From Vicugna vicugna (Eukaryota), in NCBI GenBank assembly GCA_013265495.1, contig MU058252.1, forward strand, positions 1,150,244 to 1,214,243: DNA of 64,000 bases, in the 5' to 3' direction. How positions within the stretch are numbered: the stretch's first letter is position 1; each line of letters begins with the position of its first letter. The translations under genes and the position numbers were made by a program. Shown in pieces: positions 52,135 through 64,000 of the stretch. A model generated the notes under the pieces. That model did not search any database, was not told the DNA's origin, and was given only the letters and a program-made list of their open reading frames with translations.

Positions 52135-52934
52135 CTTAACAGAAAATTATTTATCCTTTAGCTTAGAATGAGTCTTTCTGTTTTTTGTTAAGTCAACAGT
52201 TATTACTTTGTTCCAGTGAGGTTAATAATCACTAGAAATGCCACTAGTAATTGTCCAGATTTTTATACTTTGAACCAAATCTATATTAACAATTTTTAAA
52301 ATATGGAAAATATAATGAATTAAGAGGTAACTGGCATTTTATTATTTTAAAAGGATATTCCACAACTGTATACTGAAGCATACTGGAAACAAAACATTAG
52401 TAACCAAGATGTCTACTTAAACCCCTTGCAGATGAAAAAAGACGACTTTTATAGAAATGGCAATTCTTATTGATGAAAATGAAAGCAATATGATCAGTAG
52501 TTCTGTTCCGTTTACCATCTAAGAATCTTGCTATTAACTTATAACCAAAGGTATACTAATAAAAATATCTGAACAGAAATGTGGGCTCAAGACATGAGAA
52601 TTAACATTTAAAAGGACATAATAAAACTAAAATTTATTTGGAGTAAAATAGCCCAGAATATGAAGTGAGCCTACCACTAAGGAACTTCCACTGTTGGCTC
52701 AAAAAACACAACTGGAGGAAAGTACACCAGTCCTAGAATTCAAATGTTAGGACAACAGTTGTAAAGAAGCTAGATTATATGTCAGCCATCAGATTCAGAG
52801 ATGACCAAGATCACATGCACAGAAGTTAAAAATAAGATGCAATCTGATACATGGGATTCCCTCATTATTACTAAAGTAATATACTGGTGACTGGCTGACA
52901 CAGTATCATAAAAAACCGAAATTCTCAGGTTTAC

Positions 52935-53074
52935 CTGCAGCGAGTTCAGCCATCTCCACCTCATCACCAGGCTCCAGCTCAGCTAAGTGTTTACAATACA
53001 GACAGATGTACTCTTCTTTGAGCTGAGAATCCAGTTCATGATCTGTTGGTTTGTCACATTCTAAGTGAACCCAT
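52935..53074 (-). CDS. KMT2C: KMT2C exon ~11 (140 nt, end of first PHD cluster)
   Basis: tggcag|A...GCAG|gtaaac; WVHLECDKPTDHELDSQLKEEYICLYCKHLAELEPGDEVEMAELAA. Confidence 0.94.
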
Positions 53075-53529
53075 CTGCCATGATAAATATATTTAAATAA
53101 AATTTTCTAATTTAAAGTCAAATTAATATCTTGGGAAGAGAGAGATAATCGTTGAAAAACTGGATGTAGGAAGGGGTAAGGATGGCAGAAGAGAGGTTAC
53201 AGGGGTTAGCAACTGAAGGTTCTAGAAAAGGAGCTGTCATTTTTGGGTTTTGGATTAAAGGTGTTGGCTTTTTTTAAAATAACATCTTCAACCTATTTCC
53301 TCTTTATTTTTCCCTCTTAATGCTTGTTTCTGGTCTTATTTTTTGTCCACTCACTTATGCCTTTAAGACTCCTAAAAACATAATTTAATTCCATCTCTAA
53401 CAGTACTGTGTATTAAAAGGATTACTGGGATGACAAAAGCTTGGATCTTGAAGATACATGGTAGAGCAGATGATCACGTGAACAGAAGAACTGACAGACA
53501 CTTAAATGGAGTAACTGTTATCTTCTTAC

Positions 53530-53699
53530 CTTTTGCACATATTACAATGAAGCATGTCTTTCTGCAGTTCTGGGTGGTAGCACTTCCCACAGAAAGGACA
53601 TAAGTTATCCTGCTGTTGGTAACAACTGTCACATACCAGGCAATTGTGGTGCCACTGAGAACTAGATCGTGTGCCACACTCTACACATATTCTGCAATT
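53530..53699 (-). CDS. KMT2C: KMT2C exon ~10 (170 nt, PHD)
   Basis: gtttag|AAT...AAAG|gtaaga; NCRICVECGTRSSSQWHHNCLVCDSCYQQQDNLCPFCGKCYHPELQKDMLHCNMCKR. Confidence 0.96.
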
Positions 53700-54529
53700 C
53701 TAAACACCAGGAAAAATGAAAACAAAAACAGTTTGTTATGCATTTGTACTGCAGTTCTGGTGTGAACTTTTTTTTAAAAATCAATGAAACATTTGTAGAT
53801 TAAACATTAAGCTTTAATTTTCACGCAGTAATTTAGGGTATGTGTTTTTGAAAAAGCAGTTTGTTTTCAACATCTAATGAGACATCACTCAATTTACCCT
53901 AAAACCTGCAGAAAAGTGTAAATAGTGGGTAGAGACATCCAAGAAAACATAAATAGGAAGGAAAGAAAATCAAGAACATAGCAATCCAAACTTCAAAAAA
54001 GAAACATATTCCAGAATTAGGAAGTAGCTTGTGTTGAATAAGTCTACTCAACTCCCCACTGTGAAAGCAAAATGGTCCTGCTACATGTTCCATTTGTTTA
54101 TGGGCAGCCTGGAACTAAAAACAAGAATTCACACTAAGGAAATATCATGACCCACTCCCAATGATTCGGTGTCTAAAATTGTGAAAATAATCACTCTAAA
54201 TCAAAATCCAATTACGGTTTCTCATATTTTCAGAACAGAGAACAGCACTACCCTTAGCAATGCAGAGCTGCTTACGAGGTAAAGGCCTGCCAGGGGCCCA
54301 CCAAACCTCCTTCTTAGCCCACAAGTGAGCGGGTCTTAAAACCCTGGGCACGAGGTTGATAGATTGCTGGACTCTCACTACCCGGCCCCACCTCATCCCG
54401 AACTTTTCAGTCTGAAACACCAATAGAACGGAACTTTATCTTTTTGAGCTGCTGGGTTGATGTGAAAGAGATGCTCACTAAAAAGAGAAACTGGCATGAA
54501 CCACAGATGTGCTGAAGTCTCACAGATTT

Positions 54530-56900
54530 AAAATGGATGCCCTCAGAAATACTGATTCCCAAATCCTGAATAAAATGTTAGAAAACAGACTCCCAGCAAA
54601 TTAGGAAAATAATAAACCATGTCCAAGCGGAGTGTATACAAGAAATGCAAGGATAGGTAAATATTAGAAAAATCTATTAATGAAATTTCACATAGTATTA
54701 GGTCTGAGAAGAAAAAAATAGATGCTGAAAGGGTCTTTGGGAAAAAAAAACTTCAAAGAAAACAAAAACGGACATGTATTTCTTTAATGCGCTATACACA
54801 TATACCTTAATTCCAAAACCAACATTTTATTTAACTGGGGAACCCTAGAGGCATGCCCACTCAGGTCAGAAACAAAGCAAGGACGCCTGCTTTCTCCACC
54901 GCTGTTTAACATGGTTCTGAACCAATGTTAAACACTGAGACAAATGAAAACAGAGGCAGAGCAGGAAAAGAAGAAATAAAACTATTTGTAGATGACAAGA
55001 TAGTACACTTGAACACATACACATTACTATATACAAAATACATAAACAACAAGGGCTTACTGTATAACACAGGGAACTAACTACATTCAATATCTTATAA
55101 GAACCTATGATGGAAAAGAATCTGAAAAAGAATAGATACACGTATATATACACATACGTGTAACTGAATCACTTTGCTGTTCACCTGAAGCTAACACATT
55201 TTAGAAAAATAAAATAAAATTTCTATAAATAAAAAAAAATAGTATACTTGGAAAATCCTAGGGAATCTATCATAAAGTCAATAAAAGAATTTTTTAAAGT
55301 AGGATATTAAGTAGCAATGAAAAGTCAATAAAATTCACATACACAAATGATAACCAGTTAAATATACTAAATAAAAAATTCTCATTTACAACAGCAACAA
55401 AATAAATAAAATATTTAAGAATAAACTTAAGAAATATCAAAAATTTATACAAAAAAACTATAAACATTCCTAGAAGACACTAAACTACACCTGAACAAAT
55501 GTAAAGACATACCTTGTTCCTAAGTTACAAAGTCTTAACATCATTAAGATGTCACTATCAATTAATAAAATTAAAGTGATCCTGGTAAAAACTCCAATGA
55601 GGTTTTTCATGAAGCTACATAACTTGACTCTAGCGTTCACATGGAAAAGTAAACACATAAGAACAGCTAGGAACAATGCGAACTAGAAAAGCCCTGAAGG
55701 GGGACCAAAACTACCAGATATTGCAAAGCCTCTGTAATCAAAACACTACAATACTGGTTCATGAACACAGAAAGACGGAGCAATGGGACAGACAAGAAGT
55801 TCCAGAAATAAACCTAACTAAACCTAAACCTCTAGTCTGGAATCTCAAGTTACTGGGGCAAAGACTGTCCTTTCAGTGAAAGGGTTTTGGACAGCTGAAC
55901 AGCCAACTGGGAAAAGAAAATTCACACCATATACAAGCATCAACTCCTAATGGATTAGAGACTAAATTTAAAAACTAACCTAATGCAAAAACTAGAAGAA
56001 AATACGAGCTCTCCTACAACCCCGTACAGGGAAAGGCTCTCCAATTTTAACTCAAACATCCAGAAGCAATATAAGACTGATAAATCTGATTACATGAAAA
56101 TAAAACTTTGGTGTAGCAAATAATAACGCAGGTGAAGTCAAAAGGCATACAATGAACTGGAAGAAAATATTTGCATCGAACAGCTCAGATAAAGGCCTTA
56201 CATACCCAACATGTAAGTAAGTTTTAAACTGGGGGGTGGGGGTCAAAATCTTCAGGAATAAAAGGCAAAACACAAGAACAAACAACTCACAAAACGGGGT
56301 CAAAATGACCCTCAGACATATGAAAAAAAACGATCAAATTCACTCAACGAAGATAAGTGAAATTTAAACTACACTGAGCTGCTACCATTCTGCTCACAAG
56401 ATAAGCAATGACACCCCATTGGCAAGGGTGAAAGAAGTTCTCTCGTGCACTGGTGGCAACATGAACTGCCACAAGCCCCATGAAAGGGAATTTGACAAAA
56501 CCACACCCCCACTTACCCCGGAGCCAGCAGCCCCACTCTAGAGATTTACCCTACAGCTTCGTCCCAACTATTCAAAAATCCACAAAGTTAGACTACAGAT
56601 CATTTCTAATGTAAAATACTGGAAACTATCTAATAAGCATAGGACACTGGTTGGAAAAAACATGGTACAGATAAACAATGGAGCAAATAAAAAAAGTAAA
56701 AGAAAAAAAAAAGAGGAAGACCTCTATGAACTGATAAGAAGTGACACCCAGATTTTAAGTGAATAAAACAACATGCAAAAGAGTATCTTCAGTGTAGGTA
56801 AGGGAAAATAAGATACATATATTTGCTTATCATTACAAAAAAGTACAGGAAGGATAAACCACAAATTTCTTGAATGCATTTTAAATATCCTATATATTTT
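54530..56900 (+). mobile_element. Old L1M ORF2 remnant, interrupted by a younger L1 tail
   Basis: aaatcctgaataaaatgttag, caagaaatgcaaggatagg, ctcatttacaacagcaacaaaa, ttcacaccatatacaagcatcaactcctaatggattagagactaaat. Confidence 0.8.
55012..55235 (+). mobile_element. Younger artiodactyl-type L1 3' end nested in the older L1
   Basis: cttactgtataacacagggaacta...tgtaactgaatcactttgctgttcacctgaagctaacaca plus A tail; TSD aagatagtacacttg (54997-55011) / aaaatagtatacttg (55236-55250). Confidence 0.75.
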
Positions 56901-56939
56901 TAAAAATTAAATCAATAAGAAAAGAATGGGAAATTTAAA

Positions 56940-58355
56940 AACTAAAAATCATGGAAGAATAACAGACAAAACACAAGAATTCTTACTATACAAAAACAGG
57001 TATGGAAGAACGGGCGAAGGCAAAACAGAGTGGGAGTGATCAGAACTGGAGGTATTGGTGTAAGCTCATTATTTGTAAGTGATGCATACGTGTGAGTACA
57101 CGCATACTTCCATGTGTATGCGTGTACATGCGTATGTGTAAGTACATATACATGCATGTATTTCCTGCCTCAGCTGCTGAAAGGATGGAGCAGGAGAGGT
57201 ATAAAAGTTTGGAACATCTTATGCCAAAACGTAATCAAGTGCTCAAATGAATTGTGAGAGCGTATCACAAAGACATACATAGAAGCCAGCTTGAAAAGGC
57301 TACCGAGGCAAAATGGGACAATTTGAGCAAAAAATAAATTAGGTACAGTAGTCAATTGTAAATTATTGAAAATAATAGGAATTCATGAGTCAATAGTGAC
57401 AATATATAAATATTTTAACACACAAAAAAAGGAGGGTTCTTTCTTATAATAGAACACAGAGGGCTAAACGTGAAGGGAGGAAAGCATCACTTTAAAATCC
57501 AACAGGTAAAAACTGCATCAGGCAGTGGTTTCTATAATCTTGGAGAAAATTTTGAGGAGCTGCAAGATACCTGCATGGTTTTAAGAGTCCCCTCACATAC
57601 TGCTTTATTAGATACAAGAGAAAGGGAGGAAAAGAAAGCAGTGGAGAAACTTGCCAGCAGCTTGACCAGATGATCAGAACTCGCATCACCTGTGAGGGAG
57701 GGTGGACCACCAGGTGTGCCCACTGACACCCTGACCAGGGCCCATCATCACGTGTGCACTATTCTGGCCAAGGATGAAGAACTCTATATAGTCATGAGGA
57801 AACATCGGACAGAGACAAAATGAGGAAAGTTCTACAAGTGATTTAAAAAAAAAAAAAAAGGTCTATTAGGAAAAACTCTACTTTCCAAACTGTCAGTAAA
57901 AAAAAAAAAGACCTTCTTTAAGGGTTTAGGAAATTTTCCAGATTAAAAGAGTCAAAAGAGACAGGACAGCTAAATGGAATACCTGACCCTAGACTAGATC
58001 CTGGAGCCTACATGGACGGAAGGAAATGCTACATGGGACATTAGATCAAGTGATAGATTGAAATATGAATGGTAGACTAGATATACTGATATAAATGTAT
58101 GGGGTGATAACAGTGCTGTTATTACGAAAGAATATCCCTGTTATTAGGGATACACAGCCCTAAAGGTAAAGGGAACACGGTGTATATAACCCACCCTCAA
58201 ATGGTTCAGGACAAAAAATATATATACGGCCGGGATGAGGAGAGAGGGCGATGATACTGAAATCCCAACAACAGGTCAATCTAGGTAAATGGAATATGAT
58301 ATTATTTTTATTTTTTGAATTTTTAAAGTTTGAAATTATTTCCAAATAAAGTCTT
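56940..58355 (+). mobile_element. L1MC/MD-type 3' region
   Basis: agaagccagcttgaaaaggct...gggacaatttgagc, ccctagactagatcctgg; terminal gtttgaaattatttccaaataaag. Confidence 0.7.
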
Positions 58356-60309
58356 TAAAATGCATAATATACCAACACACAAGTATTCTTGAGAGAGAAA
58401 CAGAGAAAAGAAACCTACTGGACAATGACTGGTTCCTGAAAACATCCCTCTTACTTCAGTGCAAGCAGCCCCACCAGACTGACGCCCCCACAAGGTACGC
58501 CCATTTGCCCCTGAATCTCTAGCCTCCACCACAGAGTCTGACTTCAAATGTTAAATATCATACTCTCAACAATATTATAAATAACTCTGTCTTGTGAAAG
58601 AGAACAGCAGACTATTACGAAAAGCAAGTTAGTGAGAGAGCAGAACAAAAGGAAGTCGGAGAACAAACAAGAGAAATAAACTCGGAATTCTGAACACATT
58701 TTCCAAGATAATGAACAACATAACAAAGAAGATAATTAAAACAAGAAATAAAATTATCTAGATGTTGCTAAAGATCATCAAAGAGAATGTAAAGAAGGTA
58801 AGTATTTTATAAAAAGAAAAAAGGTGAAGTTAACCAACATTTCTATAGACCTTTCATATGGGCTTGAAAGGAGACTGACAATGACAATGGTCAATATGTT
58901 CCAGAGAACACTACTTAGCACAGGACCATGATCGGATGCATCCTGGAAGCAAATCCAAAAATCTGACCAAAAATAAAGATCTCCTGGCTTTCAAGCAGAA
59001 AAAAAGGATTATAACTAGGTAAACTTCAAAAAAAAAAAAAGAAAAAAGACTTTCCTTCTGTGGTATCATGAGCTAGGGAAAACTCCAGAAAAAAAAAAGT
59101 TTCCAGAGTAAAAGAAAAAAAACTTGTAATGCAAAGCTATATCAAACCGAGTTCTTGTGGTGGTCTGAAGGCAACAATCTCTTTCAGATATGCAAGATTC
59201 CAGAAAATTTACAATGCTTTCATAGAGATGCATAACCAAGTCTCCAAAGGACTGGGGGTGAGATGAGATTGGACTTTACAGGGGAAAAAAACCTTTTTTT
59301 TCCCAAAGAAAAAGTGACGTAGTTTACAGTCTGGGTTAACTTACGACATAGAAAAGGGAGCAAACTACAAGGAAAAGTTCTAATTTCTTCATTTTCAACG
59401 GGAGGGGAAAATTGTATTTTCAACATTTATAACTTAATATTCATAAAATAAGAGTCTGAATTGCAACTCATTGCAGGAAATAAAAGGAATGGAAAAACAA
59501 GGGAAATTAAAAGAACAAGTTTGTCTTAAAACAGCCAAGCATTTCAATTACAACCATTAATCTAAATACTTGACTATTAAACCATTCAAAAGGTATAGTT
59601 AAAATGACACAGAAGGATCCAAAATAAAAAGATGTGAAAAGATCACATTCAACTGCTAAACTAAAACCCAAATGGCCATATTGTCAGGCAAAGCAAAATA
59701 TCTGGTTCCTCCTTCCCCTCCCCAAAAGACATTACACAGAATAAAGTTAGTTTTACACTGATAAAAAGCACAATATATCAACACAAGCCTGACCGACTTG
59801 CTAAACAACCAGGACAAAATAATATTCTTTAAAAAAAAAATGCGAAGAGAAACTGATACGAGAAATTACAGCAGTTAATTTTACCTACATCCTAATACGT
59901 TGTTGAACCAACTAGTCAAATAAAGAAAAAGAACTTCATCTAAGTAAATTAAATTAATAAACAAATACTACACTTTAAAGTCACTATTTTGTTTTTAAAA
60001 GTCACTATTTCAAGCATCTAAATATATGTCATAAAGGAAACTTCACTGCCTAAAGTATCTGATTAAATTCGATTAAAGTAGAAATTAGAGTGTTTAAGCA
60101 CAACCAAAAAAAAAAGATAAAATCATTACGTCAGATGTACCTAGATATAAAGTTGCCAATACAACAAATGAGAGCAGTGCAGCCAGGCTATAATCAAAGG
60201 TAAACTAAACACCTTAATATCTTAAATATCCTTTTGTTCCTTAGGAAAGTAAAGAAAACGAATTACGAATTCAACTTCCTATTTCAGAAAAATAAAAAGA
60301 AAAGCAGAG

Positions 60310-60870
60310 GCGAGGTAGCGGAGCTAAGAGTATAAACGTACAATTCCGCAGGTTTTCTCTTCAGACCAAAGCTCAAGCGCAGAGAGAACAGGCGAAAGCG
60401 CCCGTCCAGCAGCCAGGAAGGAGCGCAAGCGCTCAGGGGCCGCAGCCGGACCCTCCCCAGCCCTCAGGCCCCGCCTCCCCCGGCGACCACACCTGAGAGC
60501 AGTTGCCCCGAGGCGCTCGGTTCCCGGGGCAGGCGGCCCCTCCCCTCCGACCCCACCCTCGGGCGGCGGCGGGACCCAGCTCAGCCCAACGCCCTAGAAC
60601 CAGGTGCGCACCGCCAGTTCCAGGTGCCGGTGCTCACCGGGGGCCGGGGTGAGGCGCAGCTGTTGGGCCTCCTCCCAGCCCCTCACCCACATCCCATCCC
60701 CGAGAACCTGCCAGCAGGATCTCCCCTCCTTTCCAGGACCCTCTGAGGACAGCAAATTCCTCCACCACCCAACCCACCACCGGCCAGCGCCTCCCTCCCG
60801 CAGACTGCTCTCGGAAGAAGCCTTGAGCCCAGCAGCCGGGTCCCCTCTTGGAGACTGTACAGCGGTGCCT
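60310..60870. promoter_or_regulatory. Intronic CpG-island-like segment (candidate promoter or enhancer) in intron 9
   Basis: About 38 CpGs counted by hand in 60301-60840, in otherwise AT-rich, CpG-poor intron; GC box ggccccgcctcc; NRF1-like gcgcaagcgc. Function is inferred only. Confidence 0.6.
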
Positions 60871-62004
60871 AGGAAACCAACTGACCTACCATCTTGCCAC
60901 CCTGTTCCACCCCATCCCTCCTGAAGGCCGCCCCACTAGCAGGGGAAAATGCCGAGAACACGACAAACAGGGCCACAAACGGGACAGAGGTAACGGGAGC
61001 ATGTTTCTGTGCCAAAGGGAGGACAATCTGAGGATGCAGGAGACCACAGGCATACTCTTGGCAGGCTGTTTTCTGAAAACCTGGACTTTTTCATAGAAAT
61101 GCTAACTTAAAAAAATTAATATAATATATAAAGTGCAAAAGACTTAATATAAAATTTAACTGCATTTAGCATTTGTATTTATTATTATGTTTGTCCCATG
61201 TGCTGTCAAAGATGAAAGGTGTGGGATTTTCCATAGTAAAATGGAGTAAAAATAATGATGGCTAGATGGCACCGGGATGCGCCCCGCAGCAGTGAGCAGC
61301 AGCATCCACAGAGCAAGGGGATTCTTCCTACACATCAACTGACAACAGAAACTGCAAAGAGCACACTGGTAACTTACAAAGTATTTCTAAGACAAAATTG
61401 GACTGATACCCCATTTTCTACATATTTCAGTTGTGCCATTACGATACATCTGTGAACAAAAAGCTTTATAGAATTTGAGTGGCACTTTATTACATCTAAC
61501 ATTCAAGAAATTGCTTGTTGGCACATCAAGGTCTGATTACTCTGAACTAGTAAACACAGTTGTGGCATTATCAAATTATTTTTATACAGATACTTATACA
61601 AAAGGCATTCTCTGTATGAACATTTTTAAAGCCAAAGAAAAAGGTTATGCACTGAACTTGACCTGAGAAAATATCTTTCTATTAAAACCAGGTCTCGGCA
61701 ATTTAATTTCAAAGCAAAATTATTTGTTTGATTAAATTAATACTTAAATTCTAAGTTCTATTTATTTTATTTTTTAAAAGCCAGTGTAATTACTGTAGAT
61801 AAAAGAAGTTTATGCCTAGCTTCATGTCTATTCTAGGAAACTGAGATTATAATAATTAAGCCCCCTCTGCCTGGGAGGCGTGCAGAGATGGCTTATGGAT
61901 CTACAGTCTTTAGTTCTGTAGGGTCTACATCCTAGTATGAAGTGAAAAGTAGATTAAGAAATATTCCTTAATTAGTCTCGGAAGAAAAGCACTGTTAAGT
62001 AAGA

Positions 62005-62145
62005 ACAGTATGATAGCACAGAGAGCATAATATATTGGATAAAACATTACATTGTAAGACAAGAAGCCTGAATTTTAGTCTCTATTCTGCTTCTACAAAT
62101 TAGTCACCTTGGGCAATTCACTTAATCACTAGTCCCTCACCAGTT
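62005..62145 (+). mobile_element. MIR fragment
   Basis: cctgaattttagtctctattctgcttctac...gtcaccttgggcaattcacttaatc. Confidence 0.6.
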
Positions 62146-63079
62146 CTTAATCTAGAATTTATTAGTTTACCTGAATAGATTTCAAAGGAAGCAAATTAAC
62201 TACTTTTACAATTGATTCATCCTACAGAATATTCAAGGAAAAATCACAGTAAACATTGTTTGTAAATATCTTCCTAACAGGAAAAAAATTAGTTTTATTC
62301 AGCCAGTTGGGAATTAAAGGAGTTAATAGAAAGAGTTATTCTTAATTTTACTTTCACTTTAAGAATTTAAATATTTTATGCTTCCATGGACAAATAATTG
62401 AAAATTGGTTGTTGTTTACCTGGTACTATACTAACTCTGCCCAGGAGGTAGAGTTGTCAGCAAACCTACAGGGTTTAGAGATACAGATGACAGAGCCTCA
62501 ATAAATTCCTCAGGAAGCCTGGAGAAACCAGAATGGAACACCTCAGGGTCTTAAAAGATGCAAATACCAAAATGGATGGAAAGGGGGAGAATCACTGACT
62601 ACAAGAACATCCAGAAAAAATTTAAAATAACTGAAAATACATCTTAAAAGTATCTCACCAAGCAGAAAGACTGATGGTATCTTAAGTAATGAAAAAGAAG
62701 CAGAAAAAATGTCTATAGATCTTATCTAACTCTCAAAACCCAAAAGAAACTACACATCACCTAAGCACTTAGTACAACTACCATTGGGGAGGAACAATAT
62801 ATATATAAGTAATTGATTCCAAATATTTAATACAAATTTATACATAAATACATATACACATAAACATATGTACATATAAAATCACAGTTAGATCATCTCA
62901 AAGCCAGTCTGATCAAAAGGTAATCTTTTATTTCTGGATTTTAAGTTAATAGATTTTAAAAAACACTTATCTGTTTCAGCATGTGTATATAGGGATACTA
63001 CCTATTTCAAAGAGTTTCAAAGAGTTAAAGACAAACTACTCAAAAACAAATTCTAAGCCATGAATCACCATACATATGT

Positions 63080-63560
63080 TAGTTTACAGGTTCACAGCAG
63101 CATTTTTTATAACAGCCTAAAATTGTAAACAACCCAACTGTCCAACAAGTGATTCAGTAAACAAATTGTGGTACCTCCACTATTCAGCAAGAACAAGGAA
63201 TCACTACTGGTATGTGCAACAATATGGGTGAATCTCAAAATAACTGAGTTTTATAAAGCCAGACCAAAAGAAAAGAAAAAAAAAGGTATATACTATATGA
63301 CATTATTTATATAAAATTCTAGAAAATGCAAACTAATCTATGGTGAGAGAAAACACACTGTCCAGGAAGACAGGAAGGAGTGGGGCGTGAACAGTCAGAA
63401 AGGAGAAATCCCCAAGGGGCACCAGGAAACTTTCAGGGTGATGAATATTCATTATCTTGAAGGTGCCAGTGGTTTCATGAGTGTATACATGTGTCAAATT
63501 TAGACTTTAAACGTGTGCAGTTGATTGTGTATCAATTATACATCAATAAAGCTGTGTTTT
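63080..63560 (+). mobile_element. Old L1M 3' end
   Basis: gttcacagcagcattttttataacagcc...aaacaacccaactgtccaac...ctagaaaatgcaaactaatcta...tgtatcaattatacatcaataaagctg. Confidence 0.8.
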
Positions 63561-63672
63561 TAGAAGTTGAAGGTAATATATAGATTTGAATAGGCATCCG
63601 ATTTGTCTGCTCTAGATAAAGAACATACAGATGATATTTTTCTTAAAAAAAAAAAAAACAACAACAACTTAC

Positions 63673-63787
63673 TTTGCATTTCCAGCCATTGGTTGGTACT
63701 GATTTCATAACTGGTTGAAGACAAAAAGTATGATACCCTTTGTCACACGTATCACACACTAGCATCTTGCTATCTTCTCCCGATTGT
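63673..63787 (-). CDS. KMT2C: KMT2C exon ~9 (115 nt, PHD)
   Basis: ttttag|A...AAA|gtaagt; QSGEDSKMLVCDTCDKGYHTFCLQPVMKSVPTNGWKCK. Confidence 0.96.
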
Positions 63788-64000
63788 CTAAAAAATAAGA
63801 TAGCATTAATGATGCCTTATCTTTAAACTTATGTTTGTAACATAAGTAATCATGAAAAGAATAAGTCTTGGGAACTGCCCAGTTCATAAATACCCTCAGT
63901 GTCTGTTTTGCCTATGCACAGATAATGACAGCGTTAACCCTCTAGAGGATGAGACAGGCATCTTCCAAAGGTCCCTAAAGGATTATCCCTACTGAATGCT

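Larger units (their letters stand above)
1..63787 (-). other. KMT2C: KMT2C (MLL3) gene, internal segment covering coding exons ~9-36; gene extends past both window ends
   Basis: 28 GT-AG exons splice in consistent phase into one ORF with recognisable KMT2C peptides (PHD fingers, RKFSPGRPRSKQ, HMG box, polyQ). Most exon lengths equal the human lengths as recalled. Confidence 0.98.

Noticed and set aside
57082..57160. Alternating purine-pyrimidine tract (Z-DNA-like)
   Set aside because: Degenerate (TG/TA/CA)n low-complexity sequence typical inside old L1MC elements.
60604..60924. 106-aa Pro/Arg/Ser-rich ORF in the CpG island
   Set aside because: GTG start and expected stop-codon scarcity in GC-rich DNA; no recognisable homology.
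1..64000. Novel multi-gene system, CRISPR array, snoRNA, intact retroelement or pseudogenised KMT2C copy
   Set aside because: None seen. All coding signal is explained by intact, in-phase KMT2C exons with canonical splice sites, and the L1 remnants have no long ORFs. An Infernal/Rfam scan would be needed to exclude small RNAs formally.

Overview
Mammalian genomic DNA, not prokaryotic. The whole window lies inside one minus-strand gene, KMT2C (MLL3, histone H3K4 methyltransferase). I hand-mapped 28 GT-AG coding exons, matching exons 9-36 of the human reference as I recall its numbering; exon 36 runs off the window start. They join in consistent phase into about 4,967 nt (~1,655 codons) encoding the end of the first PHD cluster, an AT-hook/RG region, the second PHD cluster, the HMG box and the start of the Pro/Gln-rich region with a Q15 tract. 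Introns are AT-rich and carry old repeats (L1, L2, MIR, MER20, MER58A, MER33/Charlie5, Tigger, MADE2-like). Three tRNA-derived SINEs resemble camelid Vic-1, suggesting a camelid genome (inference). I found no convincing new gene or biological system. Best leads: an orphan CpG island in intron 9; an apparent L1-mediated retro-insertion of a Charlie5 fragment, inverted, into a related MER33; shifted or duplicated splice sites at exons 13, 18, 29 and 31; two candidate poison exons; and CpG-rich patches suggestive of GC-biased gene conversion. Repeat names, repeat boundaries and human comparisons come from recognition and memory, not database searches.
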